The position numbers and the translations under genes are program-made. From Lama guanicoe (lineage: Eukaryota), in assembly GCA_013239625.1 (NCBI GenBank), contig MU053561.1, positions 1,118,826 to 1,182,825 on the forward strand: a DNA stretch of 64,000 nt. Reading direction: 5' to 3'. Below the pieces are notes generated by a model that saw nothing but the letters and a program-made list of their open reading frames with translations, did not search any database and was not told the origin of the DNA. Below are positions 51,751-64,000 of the stretch, one piece after another (positions within the stretch are counted from its first letter, which is position 1; every line of letters begins with the position of its first letter).

Positions 51751-52904
51751 AATAATGGGGGAATTTTAAGCACACAATACATCTAAAGGATGAAGCTGAT
51801 TGTCCTGTAGGAGGGGAAGGAATTTTGGGCCTCAGGACTCCCTTGGACCTTGTTGAATCATCTTGGGTAGATGAACCCTTCCTCCGCCTGTCCTGAAGCA
51901 GCACCAAGTACAGCAAAGTCTGAAATTGACAGCAGAGCCAGAAATGACAAAGAGCAGGAGGTGTTTTACTTAGCTCTCTCTAAGGGAAACAGCAATGTCC
52001 ATAACATTAAAAATAAAAATGTTGGGAAGGCTACTCTACGCCCTCACAAGTCCAGATTTATTAAGTGCACTAAAATGGTGCTGCCAAAAGGAAATAACTG
52101 GAGAATTTTCTGGAGCCAAGGCGGGCAGAATATTCAGTGATGAGAAGCTGGAAAGCAGCATTATCATTTTCCAGACTGGATTTCACTTTGTTCCACTTCA
52201 TCCCATGGCCACCGTGGTCCAACACAAAATTTAAAACAAGACCATAGCAAGCCTTTGTTCCAAATGAGACGATGGAAAATAACAAATACAATAGAAGTAA
52301 GGAAATCCTTCTGCAAGCCTCCTTGGCAAGAAAAGGTGCTAGGGCAGGGCAGGGAAAAGGTGGAGGAGGAGAGAAGGAAAGAGACTGGAACCAGGGGCTG
52401 TTAACATTTCACACCGAGGCTTTGTGTGATGGTTACTCTGAGTATCCTGTTGAAATACACAATGGTCAATTATTCCTTACATCAAAATTGACTGTTTACT
52501 CAGCTAATTATTTTAGTGACCTGAAGCTCTCCTGCTGTGTTTGAGGCAGCCCTCAGGAATGAAGTGGTGGTAGTGGGTGCCGAAAGGAGGGTGTAGCAAT
52601 ATGAGTTTGAGTTTCTTTGTTTATAACACATAGGCTGTGTCTATAGGAAAGCAGATGTGGAATCTAAAATAGCTTATTTACTGGTTTTGGCTCTCACAAC
52701 TGCTAAATAGATGCACAGATGACCTGACTTTTTTTCTGGACTGAAGATGGTTGAAGAAGTTAAAGGAGGTTTCTGAAGAAAAAAAAATTATTGCTTAAAA
52801 ACATGGCTTATATATCTATCTATGCTTGCCAAAGCCAAGCATAAATATTTTCTATTAGTAATTGTTCTGTTCAATGCATTCCTTATGTTTAGTTCTCCAG
52901 GATT

Positions 52905-53450
52905 GCTTTATTCACTAAACAAATGTCTTTTTTGAGCACGCACTGTGTTCAAGCACAATTTTTACCACTTAAGATGACACAAATATGAATTGGAGTTGGA
53001 TTTAGTTTTTTAAGGAGATTAGTGTCTGATGGAGGAAATATATATAGATTAAGGCAGAAAGTGGCAAAGTCTTGAAAAGACCATTGTTACTGTGTTACCA
53101 GCATTCCAGTAAGGGAAATGTTGCTCCATCTGTGATGTTCAGAAAAGATTTTGTGGATCATAAAAAGGGCTAGATTTGGCCTTGAGGGACCCAAGATGTG
53201 TAAAGATGGAGCTGAAATTGAATGTCATTTCAGTGGAGCAGAGGATGGTATGAATAAAGATCAAGACACAGGAAAGCTCAAGGAGGGACGGAGACAATTA
53301 GTAGACAGTGACATCAGGAGAGCAGTCATCTGGGGGAGCAGTGGGAGCCAAGTAGGGTGAAGGAGGATGTCAGTAGACTGTAGAGATCCTTGAACACTAG
53401 ATCAAAAAAGGTGAACTTAAGTCAGTAGGAAGAAGTTAATGGATTTTTAA
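52905..53450 (-). mobile_element. LINE-2 3' region
   Basis: ttattcactaaacaaatgtcttttttgagcacgcactgtgttcaagcac...gactgtagagatccttgaacac. Confidence 0.7.
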
Positions 53451-53860
53451 ATTTTTTTATTGTGGCAGGAACATGTAACATGAGATCTGCTCTCAATAAA
53501 TATTTAAGTACGCAATGCAGTATTGTCAGCTATAGGCGTGATGTTGTATAGTAGATCTTTAGGACTTATTCATCTTGCATATCTAAAACTTTTATACTTA
53601 TTAATTAGTAGCTCCCAATTTCTCCCTCTCCTCAGCCTTTGAAAACCACTTTTATACTCTCTGTTTCTGTTTGATTATTTTTAGATACACTGTATCTATC
53701 GAGTTATGTGATATTTGTCTCCTTGTTATTGAGCATTGCCCATTTTGACACAGAAGTGGAGCATTGCAGTCTCCTACCGTTATTGCTGTCTATTTCTCAC
53801 TTCAGTTCTGTCAATGTTTGCTTTACGTATTTAAGTTGCTTTAATGTTGAGTACGTATGC
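53451..53860 (-). mobile_element. L1MA9-like 3' end fused to an ORF2 endonuclease-region fragment
   Basis: taacatgagatctgctctc...gatgttgtatagtagatct, then gtctcctaccgttattgctgtctatttctcacttcagttctgtcaatgtttgcttta. Confidence 0.8.
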
Positions 53861-55110
53861 ACCACCAGAAAACCACTAGAGCTCATCAATGAATTTGAAG
53901 CTGCAGGATACAAAATTAATATACAGAAATCTGTTGCATTTGTATACTCTAACAGTAAAGTATCAAAAAGGGAAATTAAGGAAACAATCCCATTTACCAT
54001 TGCATCAAAAAGAATAAAACCTAGGAATAAGTCTACCTAAGGAGGCAAAGGACCTTTACTCTGAAAACAATGAGATGGTGATGAAAAAAATTGAAGACAA
54101 CACAAACAAATGAAAACATATACTGTGTTCTTGGATTGGAAGAATCAATATTGTTAAAATGGTCATACTACCCAAGGCAATATGTAGATTCAATGCAATC
54201 CCTATCAAATTACCAATGACATTTTTCACAGAACTGGAACAAAAATTTAAAAAATTTGTATGGAAACACAAAGGACCCTGAATAGCCAAAACAATCTTGA
54301 TAAAAAGGAAGAGATCTTGAGGATTTACACTCCCTGACTTCAGATTATAGTACAAAGCTACATTAATCAAAATAGCATGGTACTGGCACAGAAAGAGACA
54401 CATAGGTCAATGGAACAGGTTAAAAGGCCAGATGTAAACCCACACACTTACAGTTAATTAATCTGCAACAAAGAAGGCAAGCATATACAATGGAGAAAAG
54501 ACAGTCTCTTCACTAAGTAGTGCTGGGAAAACTGGACAGCTACATGTAAGAGACTGAAATTAGAACAGTCTAACACCATAAAAAAAAATCCCTACAAGCA
54601 AACCTCAAAATGGATTAAAGACCTAAAATGTAAGACTGGATACTCTAAAACTCCTAGAGGAAAACTCTTTTAACATTTCACTCTTTGACATAAATCACAG
54701 CAATATTTTTCTCAATCCATCTCTTACAATAATGGAAATAAAATAAAAAATAAGCACATGAGACCTAATTAAACTTAAAAGCTTTTGCAGAGTAAAGGTA
54801 ATTATAAACAAAACGAAAAGACAACCTGTGTAATGGGAGAAAATTTTTGCAATTGATAAGACTAGTAAGGGATTAATTTCCAAAATATCCAAACAGCTCA
54901 TAAAGCTTAATATAAACAAACAACCCAATCAAAAAATGAGCAGAAGACCTAAATAGACATTTCTCCAAAGAAAACATACAAATGGCCAACAGGCACATGA
55001 AAAGATGCTAATTACCAGAGAAATGCAAATCAAAACTACAATGAGGTATCACCTCACACCAGTGAGAATGGCCATCACTGAAAAGTCTACAAATAATAAA
55101 TGCTGGAGAG
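53861..55110 (+). mobile_element. LINE-1 ORF2 internal segment with no 3'UTR or tail
   Basis: TTRKPLELINEFEAAGYKINIQKSVAFVY...KREIKETIPFTIASKRIK; ends at aaatgctggagagg. Confidence 0.93.
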
Positions 55111-55231
55111 GAGTTGGTTAAATCTGCAGTTGCTGAACCATAAATATGGGGATGGACTATAAAGTTGCCTGGATTTTCGCCTGCACGGGGGGTTGTTGCC
55201 CCTAACCCCCACATTGTTGAAGGGGCCACTT
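55111..55231. mobile_element. Tigger2-like DNA transposon, one end only
   Basis: ggattttcgcctgcacgggggttgttgcccctaacccccacattgttgaagggg resembles the Tigger2 terminus. Confidence 0.75.
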
Positions 55232-56250
55232 ACTTTCTAATGCTATTGTGTTGTCCTTTAGTGTCCTTTCTTATCTAATTAAAGGACTCCCTTTAGTATT
55301 TCTTGTAAAGCATTTCTAGTGTGATGAACGCCTTAAGCTTTTGGGAAAGTTTTCATCTCCTTCATTTTTAAGGACCTTTTTTCCAGGTCTAATATTCCAG
55401 GTTGGCAGTTTTTGTTGGCACATACAGAAGACCTTCACAAATCAACCTGGCCAGAGCTTCTGTGAGTCTCTCAAATCTTCATTCTAGTCTAAGCTGCTGT
55501 CTTTTTTCCTAATAGCCCCAAGATTATGCCTCTGATGGGCTCCATAAGCACCCTTGGTCAGGTGGCAAGGGGCTTTGGAGGGTACTTGTGTTCTAGTTCA
55601 AACCGACTTCTTTTTCTCGGTGGCTTCTAGGTATCTAGAATATGCTAGATCCCATCAGCACTCCAAGACGGAAGCCATTCCTTGGGCAATCCCCTGAAAA
55701 GTTTGAATGTTTGATATGAGATCCCGCTGTTTCCTTTCCCAGGGAGAAGTGGGGAGTTGGATTTTTCTCCCCTTCTTGCTTGCTCTGTACTGAGATAGGA
55801 CTCCTCCTGTGGCAAGTGTCTGATCACTGGTTCCAACTTGATCTTTTTTCACTGCAGTCCCCAAGGGTCTAGCATATGGAGGTCCCCCATCAGTTCTCCA
55901 AAATGCACAAGTTAGAAGTCAGTCGCTTGGGCATCATCTGGAAAAGTTGAGATGTTGAATGTGCAGACCAATTCTTTCCTTCCTCCAGGAAAATTTGGTA
56001 TCTCGGGTTTTCCTCCTGATCATATGGTACTGTGCTGGGAGTGTCAAGTATGACACAAGGATGCCTCTAGTGTTCCTACCAGTTGTGATATGGCTGATTT
56101 CACATTTGTCTGGGACAGAGGAGCCTCCCAGCTAGTTTCTGGCTTTCTCACAGGGAGAATTAAACCATGTATTGTTGTTGAATTGGTGTGTCCGTGGTGG
56201 GAAAGGAGAATCTAGGGCTTCCTATTTCACTATCTTGCTGATGTTATCTT
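55232..56250 (-). mobile_element. Old LINE-1 ORF1 end and 5'UTR-like region
   Basis: ggactccctttagtatttcttgtaaagca...gtgatgaacgccttaagcttt; cctcccagctagtttctggctttctcacagggagaatt. Confidence 0.75.
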
Positions 56251-57169
56251 CAAAGGGGTTTTTAATCAAAGTATTAGTATAATTAAAGGGATGGCTTCTG
56301 AATATTTATCTAACATGAGTTTTATGGGCTTGCTAACATGTGTATGGGTGCAGCTGAGCCACAGCACAGCAAGATCTGTGCACCAGAAAGTTCAGTTCTT
56401 TTCATTAAGATAAGGCTATAGAAGCTAGCTCAGTTTCTTTGGTCTTGATGTATATTAATCGTTAGGGATGGTTTCTGCAGTGTATTTTTACTTCTCATTT
56501 TCTTCCTTCCTTCATCTATCCATCCATCCGTCCGTCCAATCAACGTTATATCAAAGAGATTAATAGTATTCTGTGTGTCCGAAGTACATTCTGATTACCC
56601 AGATTTTTAAGTCATGTAAAATGGATATATGGTTTCCAGGAATTTATAAACATAGGTAAATAGTATCTGGTTAAGCTTGAAGGCAGAACGGGTGTCCCAG
56701 TTAAAAGTTTTCTTGTCTTGAACAACTCAGTTTAACTGAATAATGAACAGATCAACCCTCTGATTTTGGCTGCAAAGGCTCTAGATACATACCAAGCACA
56801 ATGAAGTAGAGAATTAAGGCAACTCAGCCCCCAAATTCTCTTTTAAAAGAAAAAGTAGAATTTAAAAAAATGTTTGGAGTGGAGAGGATTGTGGATTGAC
56901 TAAACTTTGACAAATAAATAATGATTAATCTACTGTCTAAACTATATGTCTAGTAACTATTCACAGAATAATAACTTCTTTATTCAATTATTCCTATATA
57001 TACACTATAAATAGTAAAATGCTTATTAGCAGATATAAGAGCTTTTAACATATCTGATTTTCTGTCTACAAAAGCAGTCATGTCCCATAATGATCACTTG
57101 GTACTTTATGGGTTAGTGGTCCCAGAATGCCTCCTATAACCATTCTCTGGCAAACTCCATCAATATGGC

Positions 57170-57720
57170 CAAGATTTGCATCTGAAGTGTCCCAGGATCA
57201 GGCCCTGGACCTCTTCCTTTTTATACCAACACTCACCTCCTAAAGATTTCATCAAGTCTCATAGCTCTAAACACAATCAATATGGTCATGACTCCCAAAG
57301 TCGTATCTTCAGTCTAAACCTCTCTTACATCCAGAGCTGTTTTAAGTCCACCTGTCTACTTGACATCTCCATTTAGATGTCTGAAAGGCTTTTCAACTGA
57401 AACAAGTTCAGCTGGTTTTCTATTGATCCTTGCATTTCCATGCAATACGTAGCTCCTCTATTCATCCAGTTGGTCAGGACAAAAATATTGTCATCCTTGT
57501 TTCCTCTCTGTCACCACACTTTGAACTCATTAGCAGATTCTCTCGGCTCCACCTGTAGACTCTGTTTAGAGTTCTTAACATTTACTACAGCTTCCACATC
57601 TACCATCCTCATTTAAGCCATTATCATATGTTTCCCAGCTTATTGCAATACTGTCCCTAGCTGATCTCCATGATTCTGTACCCTTTACAGTCCTTTCAGC
57701 TCAGTAGTTATATTGATTTG
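57170..57720 (+). mobile_element. LINE-2 internal fragment
   Basis: tgactcccaaagtcgtatcttcagtctaaacctctc; cctgtctacttgacatctccatttagatgtct. Confidence 0.85.
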
Positions 57721-58422
57721 CCCACCTAGGATGGCTGCAGGCTTCTCGTCTCTTTAGCATCACTTTCTCTGCAGAGGCTACCTACAAAGCACAGTTCTGG
57801 TTGACACATTAGGTCTGGATTGATGTGGCTCTGTGCCCAGAGCAATCTGGTTTTATTCACTAACAGCAGCTTACAGTTTCATTGTACCATTAGAGAAAAA
57901 TGTATGGAACGTCCCAAATAGCATAATGCTCTAGCATTTGAAAGAAATGCAGTATTCCTTTCAGAGCCTTCCATATGTGACCAGCTAGGATTTAGTGACT
58001 CAGTCCATTTCACTGAGACTAGGATTGGGTGGATAATTTCAAGCTTTGTTGTTCATTGACTGTGTTCACTTAGAATGCATTTGAACAGTGTAATTCTCTA
58101 ATAGCTGGTATCTTACATCTGTGACATAGGATTATTAAGCCTATTTTTCTAACAACAGTAATCTGCTGGGAAGTTCTTCTGATATTTTTTCCCAGGAGAA
58201 GTAAGATTGCATTTGCTTTTCATCCGTCTTAATAAACAGTATAAATGCCAATTGTGATGTGCTGCCCAAATGTATGCACCAGATTGTGTGGTTGCACGCC
58301 ATTAACTGCAGGAGTGTATGTGTCTTCTTCCCGTTCGATACGAGCATTTTCTCGCTTAGTTTTTAGAGCCTCTTGAGATGTGGCGTTAGTTGCAGGACAC
58401 GTAAGCTGACAGGGGAGTGAGT

Positions 58423-58500
58423 ATCAATCAATCAAATGTTTATTGAGTGCTTACTACGTGAAAGGCACTGTGCTAAGCTGGGTTTAAGCAGAGTATTAAG
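58423..58500 (-). mobile_element. LINE-2 extreme 3' end
   Basis: tcaatcaatcaaatgtttattgagtgcttactacgtgaaaggcactgtgctaag. Confidence 0.8.
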
Positions 58501-60726
58501 AGGAGCTGGAGGGAAAGGGTTCTTTTTTTAGACACTCTCAGAGGCTCAGTGTCAAACAGAGCGGGAATGCTATGCAGAATAATACTTTTCCAGACTGTGG
58601 AAAATTGTGAATTAGGTGTTTCACCTGGCTGATTTTACTCATTTCTCTTTCTTGATTCCCCCTCCTTCACATCTTTTCCTATTTCCCCAGGCCCTTTATA
58701 CTCTCTGCTCTTGTAACCACACTGTCCACGACCAGCATTATTTCCTTCAGCTGTGCTTGGGCCGTCCAGCCCCACTCACTCCTGTCCAAATGTCTCATTT
58801 CCTCAATGCGATCCCTTTGGGTTACAACCTGTCCCCCTAGTCTTGTTAATATATTAATGATCAAAACCATTTAACTCATTCATTTACCAGGGGCATTTAC
58901 ATTTTAATAGGTATTCTATACATGACAATATTTACTTAAAAAAATCCTCTAATGATGACATTTAAAACACTCTGACAGATCAGAAGGGGGAGATTTATTT
59001 TTCAGATGAGTGTGTATTTCTGGAATCCTTCAAATCACACTTCTGTCGGCCGCTGCCTATTCTGTTCAGAGGTATAATTAACTGTATTCACTACTCATTT
59101 GCTTTTTTTTTCCCATGGATTCAATTTAAAAGAAACTCAGCAGCTGCTTAAATCGCCTAATTTCCCTTTTGCATTTTCATTTAGCAGGTTGTTGAAAAGA
59201 AAAAAACAGTTAGCATTTTAAAACGTCTAGAACCCTAGAGTATTTTTTTTTACACATTTGCAATGTATTCATTTTTAGGCAGGTGATAGTTTCTTTCAAT
59301 TTTCAATAAATTGTATCTGCATTTTACAAATCAGAAGTGTTCTCACCTAATGAAATATTGATGGAATGCTAAGATAAGGGTTCAGACTGTTGTGCTCTGT
59401 TTGAAAATTGATTATAACTGAAGACAAAGAAAAAAGACAAAGTAAATGTAGGCTGGCCACCTGATGGAGGAGGGTAATGGGCCACACAGAAAGATGGCAG
59501 CCAGCGCATTCCAGGACTGCAGCAGAACTTCAGTGAGGGAGCCTTACTGAAATGTGTCTGCAGGCATCTTCATCTAGATCTCTTGTGTGATCAATTAGAG
59601 CCGTATGAGCCGTCAGGATGGAGCAGGGAATTGTGTTCTTCTCACGGGGAAGGGAAATCTCAAACTGCAGAAGGAGGCAAGGATAGCCTGGAACACAGAT
59701 TTCTAGATAAGGTCCCATCTAAAGAAGTGAAGCAAGCAGACATTACTAGGTTTGATGAAGGCTTAAAATGTTGAACTTTCATAGAATGCTCCGAAGCCCA
59801 GAAACCTCAAGGAAATCCAGAAACTGAAGACAAGCAATGTCAAAAATCTCAGAAAAGACTTCCCTGAGACCAGGGAAGAACAAGAGTGACAAGTTAATGA
59901 ACAATCAGAAATTGAGAGTAGAAAATATGACCATGAAGAGATTGTATTTCTTGCCAGTCTTCCTTCCTCTTGGTCTTTTATGTATAATTTTTCAAAATCA
60001 TTTGAATAATAATCAGCAAATTTAAAGAAGAAACTGTCAGTTGGATTTTGTACATTTTCTCCTCCTTTGAGCCACTCATTGTTGCAAGGCTGGACGTAGA
60101 CTCCCACTATCAAGACTATTTCTCTTACGGCAGCTACGAAATTAGAGGACTAGTAACATAAGAGCCAGCACAACACATATTAAGAGTCTTTTTGTAGATC
60201 TAACTAGTAAAGGAAAGTAACCTAAAATTCCCAGAATGCTGCCAGAGTCAGTATCTGGTGGACACACTTCAGATAAAAATTTGAAAAGCTTAGAGCCTCT
60301 TAGTTAGCCAGAAAAACAGCCTGGCATCCTGGTGTTTGTGGGTTTGCAGATGCCTGGCACTGACACTGTTTGTCCCGCTGCAGGGTGGTCAGAGCTAATG
60401 TCATGCAGATTAACAAATGTGTTTTTCATTCCTCTGTAACAGTCTTCTTGAGACCACAGGCTCAGACCACAGGTCAGAAATCAAGACAGGACTCAGAATG
60501 TGTGTGTAAGCTAGCTTAGAGGCATTCTATACTCTCAGGATCCATCTGTTCTTGTGATCGAGCAATTAAAGGAACTTTCTCCCACACAGCAAAACAGTCA
60601 ACTCCACCAGATGAGGCTTCATGTGGATAGCTTATGTTTTAGGTGCTTTTTGATTCTAACTGAGCAGATTTTTTTTTTTCATTATTTTGCCAGCCACCTA
60701 AATAACTCTTCTAGCCTCACCCCCCC

Positions 60727-61597
60727 TTTTTTTTTTTGGCTGAGTATACTTGATTTACAATATTATACTAGTTTCAGGTGTACAACATAGTGACTCAATA
60801 TTTTTATGGGTTATATTCCATTTAAAGTTAGTACAAAGTAATGGCTATATTTCCTTGTGCTGTACGATATATCCTTGTTGCTTATTTATTTTATACATCT
60901 GTATGGTCAGGCCCCGCAGAGTGGCTGTTCTCTTGCTCTCTGTCCATCCCCTGCTCAACCAGTGCCTGCTTCACCTGTACCTACTCACATGACTGACCTT
61001 CCTATATACTTGCTCCTGTCGTGGCTAGTGATTGTTTTAATCTTTCCATCAAAGCTCTACACAATGATAGCTTATCAAAGGGGCGGTGAGGGGCGTGCCC
61101 CTCTGCTGGTTTCCCTGATAACTGATGAGCCCACTTGATGTCAGTTTCCCCATTAACTGGTAAACTCCCCCTCCCACCTGGAAGTGAAGGCTGCCACTGT
61201 GTCCTGCCTGTCGTCTGCTGCACATGGTGGGTGTCGCTCCAGGACACTGCTTCAGACATGTAAGTTCCCCCATCCGTTAAGTCATTGATGTCTCTGTCGC
61301 TGACTCCAGGCTCTTTCTTAGGTCTTGAAGCTGAGTGAGTACAGGGCTGGTAGGCTTCTGGGGTGCAGCCCAAGAACACAGTAGTTTGCCTCCCTGAATC
61401 CCCTACTCCTATCTTGCCCCTCCCCCGTTCTCCCCACTGGTAACCACTAGTTTGTTCTCAGTATCTGTGAGTCCATTTCTGTTTTGTTATATACATTTGT
61501 TTGTTTTATTTTTAGATTCCACAGAAAAGAGAGTACTATGCCTAGTGAAATAAGTCAGACAGAGGAAAACAAATACTCTGTATTATTACTTATATGT
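60727..61597 (-). mobile_element. 5'-inverted (twin-primed) LINE-1 3' end, interrupted by an LTR
   Basis: T-tail and antisense 3'UTR to about 61530, then sense piece agtgaaataagtcagacagaggaaaacaaatact. Flanks tagcctcacc (60712-60721) and tagtctcacc (61597-61606). Confidence 0.85.
60900..61375 (+). mobile_element. ERVL-class solo LTR (MER73/MER74-like)
   Basis: Starts tgtatggtc and ends gggtgcagcccaaga. L1 sequence resumes on both sides. Degenerate 5-bp TSD acatc/acaca. Confidence 0.75.
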
Positions 61598-61946
61598 AGT
61601 CTCACCTCTTGAAATTGTTTTCTCTGTAGTGCTGCTTACAAGTTCCTTAAGTGTATCTTAACTATCTGAGAAGAATCTGCTCATAAAGAAAGTGCAGGAA
61701 AGACATTTGTCTCATAAAGCTGTCTAGATTAGTGAGTGTGATAAAGTAAGTGATGTACCAGGCACCGCTCTCTGAACATAGCATGTGCTCAAATGCTCCT
61801 TTCCTACCCTGCAGGCGTTAACCTTTCACCCATTTCCCCAAATCATCTTTTTCTTTTAGTTAGCTCTTCATACGTGAAATAAACATACCATTTGATAGCC
61901 TATTAAAGTAAACAATAATCCAGCAATGAATAGTAACGTTATAAAC

Positions 61947-62175
61947 CAGCATTTCTGTTTCATTCCGTTTGACATTTTGCCTTGAATAATTCTTTGCTAT
62001 AGGGGGTTGTCTTAGGCGTTGTAGGATGTTTGGCAGCATCCCTGGCCTCTACCCACTAGATTCCAGCAGCACCTCCTTCCACCCACCTCCCCTCCGATAG
62101 GACATCCCAAAATATCTCCAGACATTTTCAAAGGCCCCCTGGAGGAACAGAATATCCCTTGGCTAAGAACCACTG
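61947..62175 (-). mobile_element. MER20 hAT-Charlie DNA transposon
   Basis: tgtaggatgtttggcagcatccctggcctctacccactagattccagcagcacc...tctccagacatt...aagaaccactg. Confidence 0.92.
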
Positions 62176-63266
62176 CTTCCAAACAACTGGATTCATCATA
62201 CCCATTCCTTTTTGCCTCTTCTCAGCTCTCTGCTTTTGGAGAAAAAAGCAAATGACAAAATAAACAAACATCAGGCATTTGTTTAAAACAGTAATAGTGA
62301 CATCCCCAGACAGCACTGTCTTTCCAGGGTATCCCATTCACCATGTGTCTGGCACTCTGGAGCCCAGTTTTCAGCATGAATGGTGTCCCCTGGGCTAGGG
62401 CAAGGCTGGGGCCCTCAAAGGATGACTTGAGACCAGGACACAGGCAACCCAGTTCTTTACACCATCCACCTGGAGTCCTGGGCAGTGAGAAACAGGGAGG
62501 CATCACGTTTCCCAACAGCAGGAAAACTCCATCATGTTCACCATGCTTTATGGAAAATCACAGGAAATCATTTCCAAAAATACAGATGAGAGTTATAAGG
62601 GCTTTCTGAATAATTTTCAGTTTACCAGTTAGTATCCTTTAAACAGTATGACTCATTCCCTTAATATTCCATTTATTCAAGAGAATGGTTACTGTCTCAA
62701 TAATAATTGTTCTCCTATGATATTTTGGTAAACCATGGAAATAAATCCTGGTTTTGGAATGGGATAGTTCATTGATTGACATTTGTTCCAGGATAAATTA
62801 CCATCTGATAAAATCCACAGCTCCAGATCCTGCCAGTAGTTTTGGGTACGTCTGTTTGCAATTATCCTATCATTTGCTAGTTATTTCTTCTGATGGTTCA
62901 CAGCTCTGTATTCTCTGAATGTGCTGCAAGCCAATGGCCTTCTCCTTAGCTTGAATCTTCCTCCTGCTCATTTACTAGCCCCACTCCTGGCACCCACATA
63001 AACCTCTTTAATACATTAAGCTTCTGCGTCAGTGATCTAGTTAACATTTAAACAGCCCTCAATTTTTTTTTTTATAATTTACAACTCCAGGGTAGTAGGG
63101 CATCTTCTTTTTGATGTTGACTATGCTACCCACCTTGCTGCCATTTTCCCAAATATCTGTAGATGCTCAGGTTATAAAGATTTCCACAACTGCACAGGTA
63201 TGATGCAAGATTATTATTTTTTTCTTATTCATTATTTTAAAATCCAGGTTTTATTGTATGTAACAG

Positions 63267-63890
63267 TGTTACCAAACTCAGCTTTAGCTGCTCACCACTC
63301 AAAAGCCAATAATTGGAGAGGAAAGTGTCAATAGAAAGGAAAGGTGTTTTAATCCAAAAAGCGGGCAATCTGGGGAGATGGTGGGCTCGTGTCCAGAGAC
63401 CAGCTCTGAAGATTCTGCTCAGCCATGAGAGTTTTTGAAGAGAAAAAGGGGTTGGAGGGTTGAGGAATGAAGAATCTCAGTGAATTGTGGAGGCAGGAGG
63501 TTGGGTTCTGAATCATTCTCCATTGCGTGCAGACTGGTTGACTCTCTCTTCAGATGTTATCTTGCCCATATGATGCAGGATGGCTAAGGGGGCTGTTGTG
63601 GGTAGAGAGTTAATCATTCTTTAACTACTTCATTCTTCATTCTTACTTCTTTTAATCTAGGAAACAAATCAACAGGTTAGGCAAGGCATGGTGTATACTC
63701 AGGAAAGCATAAGTCAGGAGTTAGTGTCAATTGCTTGTGATCTTATTCCTATAATGAGGTTCTTTTAAAGTTAGAGGGGGACAGAAATGGGCGAACAGGG
63801 AAGGGGCAAAAGAGCTTTCAATAGCAGCCAGGTAAAGACCCAGCGCCTTGGTCTTATCTTCCTTGTGCAAATCTTTTCCCTCCATTTTTA
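63267..63890 (-). mobile_element. ERV1-class solo LTR with 4-bp TSD
   Basis: Starts tgttacc. TSD acag at 63263-63266 and 63891-63894. Minus-strand ATTAAA near 63348. Confidence 0.8.
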
Positions 63891-64000
63891 ACAGTGCTGT
63901 GTGCAAACATGTTGTTTTCATCCCCTGAAAACATCCAGAGGTCTATTCGCCAGGGAATGACCAGTCACTTTACACTGGTGAAATCCAGGTGAGCTGGAAG

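Noticed and set aside
57992..58021. Small hairpin around an AP-1 site (tgactca)
   Set aside because: The stem is short and imperfect, which is expected by chance.
59452..59472. CTCF-like site tggccacctgatggagg
   Set aside because: It mismatches core positions and a single weak motif is not enough evidence.
59580..59960. Purine-rich, coding-looking stretch
   Set aside because: Frames are interrupted by stops, with no convincing splice pair or recognisable protein.
63063..63210. T-run followed by unique sequence as a possible retrocopy
   Set aside because: No TSD, poly(A) signal or identifiable parent was found.
789..63921. Short ORFs (60-132 aa) in the supplied track as host genes
   Set aside because: Those with recognisable peptides are decayed L1 ORF1/ORF2 or antisense repeat frames. 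The rest show no recognisable homology or consistent exon structure.
1..64000. CRISPR arrays, operons or other prokaryotic/viral systems
   Set aside because: The sequence is mammalian. I saw no regularly spaced repeats, long ORFs or proviral coding regions.

Overview
This is AT-rich mammalian genomic DNA, intronic or intergenic, and most likely camelid: it carries two tRNA-derived Vic-1-type SINEs and cetartiodactyl-type L1 3' ends, and I saw no Alu, B1 or Bov-A elements. I could not support any host protein-coding exon. The ORFs in the track that resemble real proteins are decayed LINE-1 ORF1/ORF2 pieces; the rest look like chance ORFs. Much of the window is interspersed repeat: L1 of several ages, L2, L3/CR1, MIR, MLT1 and ERV1/ERVL solo LTRs, and hAT and Tigger DNA-transposon relics. 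Family names come from recalled consensus motifs, not a database run, and most boundaries are approximate. The clearest structural observations are: a 46-nt tailless U6 snRNA retrocopy with a 17-bp target-site duplication (TSD) that overlaps the U6 ACAGAG box; a twin-primed L1 later split by an LTR; a ~200-bp orphan insert inside an MLT1 LTR; rearranged L1 mosaics; and several repeat-free, CpG-retaining or motif-dense blocks that may be cis-regulatory. I found no convincing evidence of a new biological system. The findings are examples of known mechanisms or untested regulatory candidates.
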